Source: Candidatus Latescibacterota bacterium
GTDB taxonomy: Bacteria; Latescibacterota; UBA2968; UBA8231
Direction: 5' to 3'
NCBI GenBank assembly: GCA_965223905.1
Contig: CBDCXV010000009.1
Location: 32,001-96,000, forward strand
DNA: 64,000 nucleotides
Part shown: one piece after another, positions 21,531-31,764 of the stretch
Layout of the letters: each line of letters starts with the position of its first letter
Position numbering within the stretch: the first letter of the stretch is position 1
Notes under the pieces: model-generated
What the model was told of the DNA's origin: nothing
The model's input: the letters and a program-made list of their open reading frames with translations, nothing else
The model's database searches: none
Translations under genes and position numbers: made by a program

Positions 21531-22337
21531 CCCTTGGCCAGTGGCGACATTTCGGGAGAGATCCGGTTGTGGGATGTGGCCGGCGGTCAGCTCCAGGACA
21601 TCCTTGAAGGGCATACGAGGGGGATCAGTTCCTTGGCGTTTTCTCCGGATGGAACCAAGCTGGCCAGTGGCAGTTGGGGCTCTTTCAGTGGTGAGCACAA
21701 CACCTTGCGTATGTGGGATGTGGACAACGGCAAAATCCGGGCAACCTTCGAAGGGTATGCGGAGGATGTCAATTCCCTTGGCTTTTCTCCTGAGGGGACC
21801 ACCCTGGCCAGTGCCCATGGGGACTACGAGCGAAGTGAAGACTACACGGTGCGGTTGTGGGATGCGGACAGCGGCCAGCTCCGGGCCACCTTGGAAGGGC
21901 ATACGCGTTTGGTCAATTCCGTGGTGTTTTCGCCGGATGGGTCCACCTTGGCCAGTGCCAGTGACGACCACACGATCCTGCTGTGGGATATGTCGCCGTA
22001 CATCACACAACCTCCACCTGTCCCCACGGGAATTGATACGGAATCCCGGGAAGGGCCGGTCGCCAGCGGCCTGGAGCCCAATGCCCCCAATCCTTTCAAC
22101 AGCACCACTCGAATCCCCTACCGCCTAGCCAGTCCCGGTCCCGTGCGGCTGGAGATCTACAATATCCTGGGACAGCGGGTGCGCACCTTGGTGAACGAGT
22201 TTCAGGGAGCCGGCTTCCACCGGGTTCAATGGGATGCTCGCGACCACCGGGGGGCGACGGTGGGGACTGGGGTCTATCTCATGCGCCTGCTTTATCCCGG
22301 CGGCGTGCAGGCAAGGCGGATGCTCTACCTTGAGTAG
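21531..22337 (+). pseudogene. 3' part of WD40-repeat protein with C-terminal FlgD-Ig/T9SS-like sorting domain
   Basis: LEGHT..(I/V).S..FSPDG..LAS repeats; NAPNPFNSTTRIPY..VRLEIYNILGQRVRTL..WDARD..GVY. Confidence 0.85.
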
Positions 22338-22358
22338 CCCGCCCGGCGAAGGGCGTCG

Positions 22359-22399
22359 TGGTGCTGGGCGGACCCGGAAGGTGTACGGCGCCTGAGGCG
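22359..22399 (+). repeat. Direct repeat copy 2 (degenerate duplicate of amidohydrolase 3' end)
   Basis: 13-bp and 21-bp blocks identical to 19819-19863. Confidence 0.8.
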
Positions 22400-22593
22400 T
22401 CAGGTCCTGCCGAAACAGATCGCGGCCGGCGATGGCCCCAGGTCCGGCGCTGCAGGTCCTTCGCGGGAGCCTCCGAGCAGGCGGAATTCTCCGATGCGGA
22501 CGCCGTCCGGATCACTTCCCCGGCCCCGTTGCCCAAGCGTTCGAGATTTCGCACGTACTTTCCCACACATCTCTTCCAAGGAAACGGAACGTC

Positions 22594-23439
22594 ATGAGCG
22601 CCGAGCTGCTGCCTGCAACCAATGCAGACGGGCTTCCCGTCGTGCCGATGAGCGACGAGCAGAAGTACCTCTTCGATCTCAAGGGCTGGATCTGCCTGCC
22701 CGGCCTGCTGTCCGGGGACCAGCTCGAGGCGATCCGCGCCCATCAGCACGCCTTCCTCCACGACCGCGAGTCGCTGCCGCCGCAGGAGCGCGACAACCAC
22801 GGCGGACCGTCCGAGATCCTGCTCGATCACCCCGCGATCGTCGGCGTGCTCAACGAGATCCTGTCGCACCAGGGGCTCGCGTCGGAATCCTGTTACGGGT
22901 TCCGCTACGACCACACCTACACCAGCCGTCGCAGCGCGGGCAACGACAACTACAACCCGCACGGCGGCGGCGGGCTGTTCAACTTCGAGGGGAATTCCCA
23001 CATCTACCAGATGCAGCCGGGAAAGATCCACGCCGGCCTGACGCGGGTGGTGTGGGAGCTCAACGAGGTCGGACCCGGCGACGGAGGCACCCTGCTGTTG
23101 TCGGGAAGCCACAAGTCCGCCTTTCCCCGGCCCGACGCCCTCAGCGGGCGCGACTGCGACCTGTGGGAGACCTACGCCTGCCCCGCGGGGTCGGTGCTGA
23201 TCTTCACCGAAGCGCTGTGCCACACCGGAACGAAGTGGGTCAACGAAGAGCGGGACCGGCTGTCGCTGTTCACCTGCTACAACACGGTGAACTCCAAGTG
23301 GGGGAAGGGCTGCCCGGCGCCGGAAGTGATCGCCGCCATGAAGCCGAAGCGGCAAACCTTGTTCCGCGGCGTCTGGCACGGGATGAGGGACGTCCCGGGA
23401 ATCAACAAGTACTACGAAGCGGCGAACACGGCCGTGTAA
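22594..23439 (+). CDS. PhyH-family dioxygenase
   Basis: EQKYLFDLKGW, LLDHP, PHGGG, GGTLLLSGSHK, GSVLIFTEALCH. Confidence 0.85.
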   Translation: MSAELLPATNADGLPVVPMSDEQKYLFDLKGWICLPGLLSGDQLEAIRAHQHAFLHDRESLPPQERDNHGGPSEILLDHPAIVGVLNEILSHQGLASESCYGFRYDHTYTSRRSAGNDNYNPHGGGGLFNFEGNSHIYQMQPGKIHAGLTRVVWELNEVGPGDGGTLLLSGSHKSAFPRPDALSGRDCDLWETYACPAGSVLIFTEALCHTGTKWVNEERDRLSLFTCYNTVNSKWGKGCPAPEVIAAMKPKRQTLFRGVWHGMRDVPGINKYYEAANTAV

Positions 23440-23461
23440 CCTTGCCTGTGACCCTCTCCGG

Positions 23462-24205
23462 TCACGCCGGCGGCGGCACCCAGGTGGCGAAGTACTCCGG
23501 AGCCCACTTGCGGGCGAGGAAATACGAGCGCGTCTCCTCCTGCCGGAGCGGGGACTGCACCTCGGCGTCGATCCAGGCCTCCGCCCCGGCGAGCCCGGGG
23601 AACTCCGCGATCCGGACCAGGTTCCAGTCCTGTTGGGGTGCGATCAGCTCGAACGCCTCGCAGCGCATCAGCCCGAAGTCGCGAGCGACCGATTTCATCA
23701 GGGCCTCCCGCTCCTCGTTGTCCCCCGTCCCTGCCCCGGGCTCGTCCGCCTCCGGCGGCCTCCGCCAGAACGTCAGGACGACGACCGAATCGCCGGAGAC
23801 CGACAGCGTGGGAACCGCCCGGGGATTGGCGTCGGCCGCAACCGCGACCGGCGGCGGCGGATTCGTCACCCATGCGTCGAGCTGTTCCCGGCGCCAGCGT
23901 GTGGCCAGGAAGTACTCGTAGAATCCGTAGCGCCCGTACGGCGGTGCGACCTCGTTCTCTATCCAGTCCCGCGCTCCGGCAAAGGTGGGAAACTCGATCG
24001 TCCAGAAGCGCTGCCAGTTCTGCTGCGGGGTGATGAGGCGGAAGCCCTGGAGGCCGATCATCCGGTGCCGGCTCGCCACCTCGAGCATGAGGTCGACGTG
24101 CTTCTGCTGATACTCCTCCCGCTGCTGGTCGGTGAGGGCATTCCACGTGGGAAGGCGTCCCCCCTTGTAGAGGACGACGACGCTGTCAGAGCTGGTGTCG
24201 GGCAT
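23462..24205 (-). CDS. Hypothetical protein with two tandem dimeric alpha/beta-barrel-like domains
   Basis: Internal duplication (DSVVVL..LITPQQNW..EFPTFAGARDWIE vs DSVVVL..LIAPQQDW..EFPGLAGAEAWID); AGGAGG RBS. Confidence 0.7.
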   Translation of the reverse strand: MPDTSSDSVVVLYKGGRLPTWNALTDQQREEYQQKHVDLMLEVASRHRMIGLQGFRLITPQQNWQRFWTIEFPTFAGARDWIENEVAPPYGRYGFYEYFLATRWRREQLDAWVTNPPPPVAVAADANPRAVPTLSVSGDSVVVLTFWRRPPEADEPGAGTGDNEEREALMKSVARDFGLMRCEAFELIAPQQDWNLVRIAEFPGLAGAEAWIDAEVQSPLRQEETRSYFLARKWAPEYFATWVPPPA

Positions 24206-24491
24206 TTCCAACCTCCTTTGATGGCTCCCATTGGCCGCCTAATTTAGCCCGCACCGGAAGTGGCGTTACGCGAGCCGCAGGGCCCCGCGGGACGAGCGGG
24301 AGGGCAGCCACGCCGGCGGCGAAGTGAGGGTGAGGCCACGGGGAAGTGGATTCATCTGGCACCTTGCAAGAAACCATGTCGGCCGGAAGGCCGCTGGCTT
24401 CTCTCAGGTGCGTGGGCCATTATCCGCGACATGCATTCCACGGCGGCTGCGGCACCGGCTGTCGGGACAAATTACCTGCAAAGAGGAAAGC

Positions 24492-24893
24492 ATGGCATCG
24501 AAGGTCGTGAAAACCGAAGAGGAGTGGAGGGAGATCCTCACGCCCGGGCAGTTCGACATCCTCCGGCGGAAGGGGACGGAGCGCCCGTTCACCGGGGAGT
24601 ACAACGACATCAAGGGGAAGGGGACGTTCGCCTGCGCCGGCTGCGGCGCCAAGCTGTTCAGCTCCGACACCAAGTTCGACTCCGGGACCGGGTGGCCGAG
24701 CTTCTACCAGCCGCACGATCCCGAAAGCATCGACGAGGAGACCGACCCCAGCTACGGCATGGTGCGGACCGAGGTCCTGTGCAGCGCCTGCGGCGGCCAC
24801 CTCGGCCACCTGTTTCCCGACGGGCCGCATCCCACCGGGATGCGCTACTGCATCAACTCGGCGGCGCTCCGGTTCGAGGAGGGGGCCGGTTAG
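24492..24893 (+). CDS. msrB: Peptide-methionine (R)-S-oxide reductase
   Basis: [42 protein letters not shown]. Confidence 0.97.
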   Translation: MASKVVKTEEEWREILTPGQFDILRRKGTERPFTGEYNDIKGKGTFACAGCGAKLFSSDTKFDSGTGWPSFYQPHDPESIDEETDPSYGMVRTEVLCSACGGHLGHLFPDGPHPTGMRYCINSAALRFEEGAG

Positions 24894-24922
24894 ACGATGA
24901 ATCACCGAAGAAAGGGAGCGAC

Positions 24923-25726
24923 ATGAGCGCCGTCAGCGCAGAGGAGCGGTTCCTGTTCGACCTGCAGGGGTTTCTGCTGCTGCGGCAGGTGCTGTCTCCC
25001 ACCGAATGCGAGCGTCTCCTCGGCAGGCTCCAGGCGGCCGAGAGCAGGGAGTACGAAGACCGCTGGCAGGATGACCTCGAAGAGGGCCGCAAGGGACGGC
25101 CGACCAAGGAGTTGAAGCGGGCCAACCAGGTCAGGATGAACGGCCTCCTGCGCCTCGACCCGGTGTTCGACGAGCTGATCGACCACCCCCGGGTGCTCCC
25201 CTACCTCGAGGAGTTCGTCGGCCTGCCCCAGCTGATCAATACCTGGTCGATCTCCAAGTTCGAGGGAGCGGTTCACAGCGGCTGGCACCGGGGGGTGCCG
25301 GTCTCCGACTACTCCTACTTCAACGGCGAGATCCGCTCCCGCATGTTCAACAGCGTCTGGTTCCTGACCGACAACGGCCCGGACGACGGCTGCGTCGTCG
25401 CCCTGCCGGGGTCGCACAAGAGCAGCTTCGACCTCCCCTTCGGCGACTACGAAGGTCTCGAGCTTCCGGGGGCGCAGCCGGTCACCGGCAAAGCGGGGGA
25501 CGTGCTGATGTTCTCCGAGACGGTGGTCCACAACGGCCTGCTGAAGACGACCCCCGGAATCCGCTCCAACCTGTATTTCAACTACGTCCACGCCCACTAC
25601 AACGTCATGTCGCGGGAGCCGATCAACTGTCACCACTTCTACCTGCCTCCCGGGATGCGCAGGAGGCTGACGCCGAAGCGGCTCGAGCTGACGCGCTGGA
25701 TGGAGCTGGCCCGCTGGGAGCATTGA
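24923..25726 (+). CDS. PhyH-family dioxygenase
   Basis: EERFLFDLQGF, LIDHP, WHRG, LPGSHK, GDVLMFSETVVH. Confidence 0.85.
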   Translation: MSAVSAEERFLFDLQGFLLLRQVLSPTECERLLGRLQAAESREYEDRWQDDLEEGRKGRPTKELKRANQVRMNGLLRLDPVFDELIDHPRVLPYLEEFVGLPQLINTWSISKFEGAVHSGWHRGVPVSDYSYFNGEIRSRMFNSVWFLTDNGPDDGCVVALPGSHKSSFDLPFGDYEGLELPGAQPVTGKAGDVLMFSETVVHNGLLKTTPGIRSNLYFNYVHAHYNVMSREPINCHHFYLPPGMRRRLTPKRLELTRWMELARWEH

Positions 25727-25897
25727 GGGCCGGGCCCGGGGGGATGGGCGGGCTGATCGGGACATGCACCCGGATTCCGAGCAGCTGGGGAGCCGGGCGA
25801 ATCGGCTGGCAGCGGGCATACCCACCGGGCGGGGATCTTGCTACGACTAGTTCTTTATAATACCTGCATAACACCTGTTTGAACAGGGGAGAGTGAA

Positions 25898-26836
25898 ATG
25901 CCGCAGGTCAAAATTACCGAGAATACCAGCCCAAGATCCATGGTATGCGTAACGACGAGTCAATTGATTGTGACGATTGCCTTGGTCATGTCCTTGTTGG
26001 TATGTCTCCATTCTTCTAGTTATGCTGATGACCTGACGGTTCTTATCGAAAAGCTGGCCCGGAATGCCAACCCGATAGCCAGTGGTATTGGTGAATTGGC
26101 ATTCCAGCAATTTGATGATAATGGTTTGTTAACATTGGACAAAACGGCTACAGTTGCCTTCAAAGGTGAGAATTTTTCAATTGTCCAAAAATACACCACA
26201 AGTCCGGAAGATGGTGTCACCGACACAACGCTGGTTAAGCAGACATTCGACGGTGAAAAACTAAGAGCGTACGAAACGCATTCCATGTCTGATGGGTTGT
26301 CGTGGACAAGGGGTGTCATACGGTCAGAGACAAAAATGGTTAATGAAATGCTTTTACCGATGACTTGGGGGCGAGTCTATGGTGGTGAACATCTTGTGTC
26401 TTCTCTTCTTCAACGGGAAGATTCGAACGGTAGGTTATTGGGCTCTGAGATCGTGAATGGTGAAGTTTGTCACCGAGTTGAGCTGGACTTTTTTGGAGGA
26501 CGAACGGAATTCTTGATAAATGAAAGCAAGCAGTTCGTATTTCAAGAAGTGAGGGTTCGTGTTCAAGGAAAGCTTCTTGGAAAAATTGACATAGATTTCA
26601 GAGAGCTGGAAAACGGTATTTGGTTCCCAAAGAGCGGTACATTCCATCGATACCACCACAACGCAGATGGCGAAGAATTGTTGTTCACGATAAAAGTGCA
26701 ATTCAGCGAACAATACCAAGTTAATGTTCCCATTGCCGCCGAGGAATTTAGATTGCAGTTTCCTCCAGACGAGCCTGTAGCGGACCTTACCAACGGAGGA
26801 ATCCCGGGGGGAGGGGGAATTTTTAGCCCTAGATGA
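25898..26836 (+). CDS. Secreted hypothetical protein, LolA/LolB-like fold suspected (low GC)
   Basis: Signal peptide; GSEIVNGEVCHRVE, GIWFP, VNVPIAAEEFRLQFP. Confidence 0.55.
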   Translation: MPQVKITENTSPRSMVCVTTSQLIVTIALVMSLLVCLHSSSYADDLTVLIEKLARNANPIASGIGELAFQQFDDNGLLTLDKTATVAFKGENFSIVQKYTTSPEDGVTDTTLVKQTFDGEKLRAYETHSMSDGLSWTRGVIRSETKMVNEMLLPMTWGRVYGGEHLVSSLLQREDSNGRLLGSEIVNGEVCHRVELDFFGGRTEFLINESKQFVFQEVRVRVQGKLLGKIDIDFRELENGIWFPKSGTFHRYHHNADGEELLFTIKVQFSEQYQVNVPIAAEEFRLQFPPDEPVADLTNGGIPGGGGIFSPR

Positions 26837-27146
26837 TAGGGAGGTCGGGAGATTACCGGAAAATTGTTGTAGCCGTTAGGGTTTTTTGTTGGGTACGACA
26901 AAGGCGCTAGTCTCGCCTTTCGCGGACTCATGGCACAGTTAGTACCGTCAGCCTCCGTACCAAGGGGGGTTCGCTCTTTTCGCCCGCCCTCCCCTTTGCC
27001 CAACAGGATTCTGCGGTTTTTCGACCCGGGGGGGTGTGCCAGGTATTAGGCACTAGAATATGTGCCAAGTCACTGAACGCCCTTTCTCCACTGCATCCTA
27101 AAGGGTTTCCGGAATCTTTAATAAAAGCGCCTACATTTTTAAAAAA

Positions 27147-27260
27147 ATGAACATGCTAGCCACAATCTTATTTTTCGTTTTTTTATCTAATGTGCCTTCC
27201 GCGCTTTCGCAGACTCAGAAGGCCAATATGTGTGGTCTGAGAAGCCTTTACGTTATCCTG
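27147..27260 (+). pseudogene. Truncated secreted peptidase C39-like N-terminus
   Basis: Signal peptide then NMCGLRSLYVIL, fused directly to an ISL3 remnant. Confidence 0.4.
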
Positions 27261-27419
27261 ACCAACGCCGCCGCGGAAGGGCTCAATCGCATCATCCGCA
27301 TGGTCAAGAATCGAGCCAGTGGATTTAAAACTCTGGATGCCTTTGCAGACCTGATTTACCTGTGCGTCGGAGACCTCGATATCCCTGCGCAGATTCCGGC
27401 CCGATTCCGTACAGTGTGA
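27261..27419 (+). mobile_element. ISL3-family transposase C-terminal remnant
   Basis: TNAAAEGLNRIIRMVKNRASGFKTLDAFADLIYL. Confidence 0.8.
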
Positions 27420-27474
27420 AACCCTCAAAATCTCCCTCTGTAAACGCTATAAAATGTCCTTTGAAAAACCCGGA

Positions 27475-28146
27475 TATAGCCTTGCTTTTGGCCCAGATGG
27501 AATGCTCTACGTTGGGACGGGTGATATCCAACATCCCGAAACATCCCAAGATTTGAAAACACTCTCGGGAAAAATCCTTCGCATTACACCGGATGGGCGC
27601 ATTCCGGAAGACAATCCCTTCCCGGATTCGCCAGTATACTCTTACGGGAATCGTGTGGTCCAGGGTATGACCTGGGATCCACGAACTGACGCCCTATTTG
27701 CTTCGGAACATGGACCATCAGGTGAAATAGGTCCTAAACACCGGGACGAAATCAACATTATAAAGAGCGGGGGAAACTACGGTTGGCCTGCGGTCGTTGG
27801 CGCGCCAGGCATACAAGTCTACAGGGATCCCATTGTAATGTGGAAGGAATCGTCAGTGCCACCTGGAGGCATGACCTTCTACCGTGGAGATCTCTTCGTC
27901 GCCACTCTTGGCAGCCAGGCCCTTGTTCGCGTTCGCTTCAATAGAATCGGAATCGCCTATGAGGTATCCGGAATCGAACGCTGGTTCGCCAAGGATCTCA
28001 AAAGAGGACTATACGGGCGGCTGAGAGACGTGACAGTCGGACCCGATGGTGATCTTTATGTGCTTACTAGCAACAGAGATGGAGGGGCAAGAATCAGGCC
28101 AGGTGATGACAAAATCCTGCGTCTCAGGTGGTTGACTTCACAGTAG
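27475..28146 (+). pseudogene. PQQ-dependent sugar dehydrogenase (GSDH), N-terminally truncated
   Basis: LAFGPDGMLYVGTGD, GKILRI..DG.IP.DNPF, SEHGP..DEIN..GGNYGWP, GRLRDV..GPDG. Confidence 0.85.
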
Positions 28147-28446
28147 GCGCCGAGGCGCCGGGCCTGCATGGCGCCCGAGCAAGACGCATTGGGAGAAAGA
28201 ACCCCGGTTTGGGCAACGCCGGATCCGGCGGCAAGGACCGGTCGTAGCCCAGTTCGATTTCAACGGGCCGCCAGGGGAGCAGCCGCGAACAGCCAGGGCC
28301 CGGTGACGTCCGCAGCACCCCCCGGCATCATTCCGACCGGCCGCGCGGCATCGACTCGATGCGGGAGGGGTTCGTGGGCGCATCTGCCGGTGCGAAGGCA
28401 GACCGGGCAGGCGCTGGCAGAGGCGCCCAAGGTGGCTAGTGCTCTG

Positions 28447-28810
28447 TTAAAGAGTCGGCATTGAATTTTGGACCTTCACCAGCTTGGCATCGTCCCGGTT
28501 TCGATGTCGCCATACGAGGTATTCCTGCATGCGCTGGCCGACTTCTCGATGGTCCCTTGGGTCGCTGTTCCTGATAACGAAGTAGTGGGCGGCCGTAAGA
28601 TGGCATTCGAAACGATTTATCCAGGAGGCGTTGGTCGCGGTGAAGACTAGGGAGACCTGATTTCGCCGACACCATTGCCGGATCTGTTTGGTCGTGTGTG
28701 TCGACAAATTGTCGAGGACGAGGTAGATGCGTTGGGCTTTCCGGTACCGGCGCCAGATAGCCTGGGTTCAGTTCCTTGGATTCGGCCGCATCCGGTGTTC
28801 GAGCATGGAG
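28447..28810 (-). mobile_element. IS630-family transposase C-terminal remnant
   Basis: RIYLVLDNLSTH ... VFTATNASWINRFE. Confidence 0.8.
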
Positions 28811-28970
28811 ACACATGGCAGAACCTACCAGAAAAAATGCCATATGTCCCAATGATACCACGACGAACGAGAAAGTACAAGCCTGAATCCTTAACGGAGC
28901 ACGAGGCGGGCGGGCCCCCGGCGGATTTCACCGCCCCGGCGACGCTGCCCCTGATCGGTTCCCCGCTTCG

Positions 28971-30161
28971 CTACGGCTCGGTTCCGGTGATTCGCCGGTA
29001 GGCCTCCGGGTCGCCGGCCCCCTCGGTCGAGAACAGCAGCACCTTCGATTCCGCGTCGAGCTGCAGTTCCCTGAACAGCCGCTCGTCGTTGCCGGCTTCG
29101 ACCAGCAGGCCCGCGGTCACCGCCCCCGACTCTCCCGAGACGACGCGCGCATCCCCGGCACCCGGATGGGCGAGGCTGCGCATTCCCGACTCCGCGACCT
29201 GATCCGGACAACGGACGAAGAAATCGGCGTGATCCCGCAGGATCGGCCAGGCCAGCGGGTTGTTCTCGCCCGCTGCCAGGCAGGCCATGATGGTCTCGTG
29301 GTGGGCATCGACGATGGCGCGGGAGCGCCCGTCCCCGGCCCGGGCGGAGGCGAAGCAGGAGGCCATCGCCAGCGGCTCGACCACGGCCAGCAGCGGCCGC
29401 CGCGCTCCGTAGCGCTCGACGAGATACCCCTGCAGGGCGCCGGCGAATGATCCGACCCCGGCCTGGATGAACAGGTGCGTCGGCAGCTCTCCCGCCTGCT
29501 CCAAGGCTTCGGCCAACATCGTCAGGTACCCCTGCATGATCCACACCGGCACCTCCTCGTACCCCTCCCAGGCGGTGTCCTGGATCAGCACCCAGCCCCG
29601 CCTTTCCGCCTCGGCGGCGACGATGCGCACGGTGTCGTCGTAGTTGCAGTCGGTGACGGTGGTCTCGGCGCCGTGCCCCCGGATGCGCTCGACCCGGACC
29701 GGGGCCGCGTGGGAGGGCAGGAAGACCGCGGCCTTCTGCCCGAGTTGCTGCGCCGCCCAGGCGACGCCGCGGCCGTGGTTGCCGTCGGTCGCCGTGGCGA
29801 AGACGAGATCGCCGAGGGCAGCCCTCGCCCCGGGGGAGGTCAGGTCGCCGAAGGTGATGCCGGCGACATCGCGCTCGAGCCTGCCGGCGAGGACGCCGGC
29901 GACGGCGTACGAGGCGCCCAACCCCTTGAAGGCGTTGAGGCCGAAACGGGTCGACTCGTCCTTGACCCATACCGCGGAAACACCGAGCGACGCCGCCAGG
30001 GCGGGGAGGGGGTGCAGGGCCGTGGGGGAATAGCCCGGAATCGAGCGGTGAAAGGCGGCAGCCTCTTCCGCAAAGCGGGGGGCAAACCGGGAAGTGCGGG
30101 ACCCGGTCACGTCGCGGGCCGCGGCCCGGTTGTCGAAGACCTCGACTGATTCGGAGGGCAT
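28971..30161 (-). CDS. dpaL: Diaminopropionate ammonia-lyase
   Basis: VKDESTRFGLNAFKGLGASYA, TATDGNHGRGVAW, QDTAWEGY, QAGVGS, SGESGA. Confidence 0.92.
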   Translation of the reverse strand: MPSESVEVFDNRAAARDVTGSRTSRFAPRFAEEAAAFHRSIPGYSPTALHPLPALAASLGVSAVWVKDESTRFGLNAFKGLGASYAVAGVLAGRLERDVAGITFGDLTSPGARAALGDLVFATATDGNHGRGVAWAAQQLGQKAAVFLPSHAAPVRVERIRGHGAETTVTDCNYDDTVRIVAAEAERRGWVLIQDTAWEGYEEVPVWIMQGYLTMLAEALEQAGELPTHLFIQAGVGSFAGALQGYLVERYGARRPLLAVVEPLAMASCFASARAGDGRSRAIVDAHHETIMACLAAGENNPLAWPILRDHADFFVRCPDQVAESGMRSLAHPGAGDARVVSGESGAVTAGLLVEAGNDERLFRELQLDAESKVLLFSTEGAGDPEAYRRITGTEP

Positions 30162-30294
30162 CGGGATTCAGGAACCTCGCTGGTGGTCTTTCTTCATGCC
30201 ATTGCCGATCCCCCCATACATTACGACACCCATGGCTACCTGTCGTCCCGGATGGGAGGACGCGTACCAATACCGAATCTCTGGAGAGAGCTTG

Positions 30295-31512
30295 ATGAGG
30301 TTTTTCGTCGGAATGTGGGCGGCGCTGTCGATGGCCGCGTGCGGGGTCAACGAAGTGACTGTCCGGATCGAAGGGGGCGACGGCAACAAGATCCGGCTGG
30401 ACGCCGCCGGGCTCGAGCACAAGTTCAACCGGCTCGTGGACGCGGGGTCCTTTTCCTTTGCGGGAGTCCGGGAAGGGGAGTACGCGATCAACGTAGCAGC
30501 CAGCGAGGTAGTGGTGACCCGGACGTTGAAGGTGGAATCGGAGCCACTGTTCGGTGTACAGACGTACGAGCTGTCGATCGCCATTCCCGAAGACGGCAAC
30601 GGCCCCTACCAGCCGCAGGGCACCATCGCCTACGCCTCCACGCCGACAGCGGTTCGCGACTGGGACCTGTTCACCATCCCTGCCGGCGGCGGCGAGCCAA
30701 CCCAACTGACTCACACTCGGGAATTCGAGCGGCATCCCGCCTGGTCGCCCCACGGCAACGAGATCGCTTTCACCCGCGGAGAGATGATGACCAACATCGA
30801 CATCTGGGTGATGGCTGCCGACGGCAGCGGCGAGCGGCGCCTGACCGAGCATCCCGAGCGCGACGCACATCCGGCCTGGTCGCCGGACGGCGGCACCATC
30901 GCCTTCCTCAGCCAGCGCGAGGGCGACCTGGCGATCTGGCTCATGGACAGCGCCGACGGCGGCAACAAGCGCAGGCTGGTCAAAGGAAAGGAGCCGTCCT
31001 GGTCCCCGGACGGCAGCCGCATCGCCTTCACTTCCGGGGACTTCGACGACAACGACGAGATCTACATCATCGACGTCGACGGCTCAAACATGCGCCGCAT
31101 GACCGAGAACAGGCACTACGACTGGAACTCGTCATGGTCTCCCGACGGCGCCCGTCTCGCCTTCAGCAGCGAGCGCTTCCAGGGCCAGGAGCTGATGGTG
31201 GCGGACGCCGAGAGCGGCGGCCAGGTGCGCATCACCGTGGCCAGGAACACGTTCGAGCTGGATCCGTCCTGGTCCCCGGACGGCCGCGCCCTGGCCTACC
31301 AGGGGAAGATGAACTTCCGCGAAGACGGAGAGCTCGACGTCGACTTCAACGACCGCACGGGGAAGTGGGTGCTGCACGGCACCTTCGACATCTTCGTCGT
31401 ACCTGCCGTCGGGTTCGACTGGGACGACGTCGAGGATCACCCCGTCATGCCGGTCAATCTGACCAACACCACCGATCGCGACGAGAAATCGCCGAGCTGG
31501 CGGCCGTTCTGA
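30295..31512 (+). CDS. TolB-like PD40-repeat lipoprotein
   Basis: Lipobox-like MAAC; repeated P(A/S)WSPDG..IAF. Confidence 0.85.
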   Translation: MRFFVGMWAALSMAACGVNEVTVRIEGGDGNKIRLDAAGLEHKFNRLVDAGSFSFAGVREGEYAINVAASEVVVTRTLKVESEPLFGVQTYELSIAIPEDGNGPYQPQGTIAYASTPTAVRDWDLFTIPAGGGEPTQLTHTREFERHPAWSPHGNEIAFTRGEMMTNIDIWVMAADGSGERRLTEHPERDAHPAWSPDGGTIAFLSQREGDLAIWLMDSADGGNKRRLVKGKEPSWSPDGSRIAFTSGDFDDNDEIYIIDVDGSNMRRMTENRHYDWNSSWSPDGARLAFSSERFQGQELMVADAESGGQVRITVARNTFELDPSWSPDGRALAYQGKMNFREDGELDVDFNDRTGKWVLHGTFDIFVVPAVGFDWDDVEDHPVMPVNLTNTTDRDEKSPSWRPF

Positions 31513-31764
31513 TCGCAGGGGTCCGAAGCCCGGCAGGGGACGTGGGTGACCAAACGCCAAAGCGACAAAATTGTAGATGCGACCAGAATTGTAGAGAGCT
31601 ACTGGTCGCAGCGGTACGTCTGAGCAGCTACAGACTGAGCTACAAGCGGCCATCTCGACGCGCCGGCGCGCTTCCGGAGGCTCGCAAAGGCCGCGCTGAT
31701 CCGTCCCTCCCAAGGCTCCCCGGCTTCCCGGAGGGGGCCGCGCGGTTTCTTGCGCCGGGCGGCG

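Noticed and set aside
31565-31645. Inverted repeat TGCGACCAG/CTGGTCGCA with short AATTGTAGA and AGCTAC repeats, possible mini-CRISPR
   Set aside because: No regular repeat-spacer period and no cas genes; more likely a terminator between convergent genes
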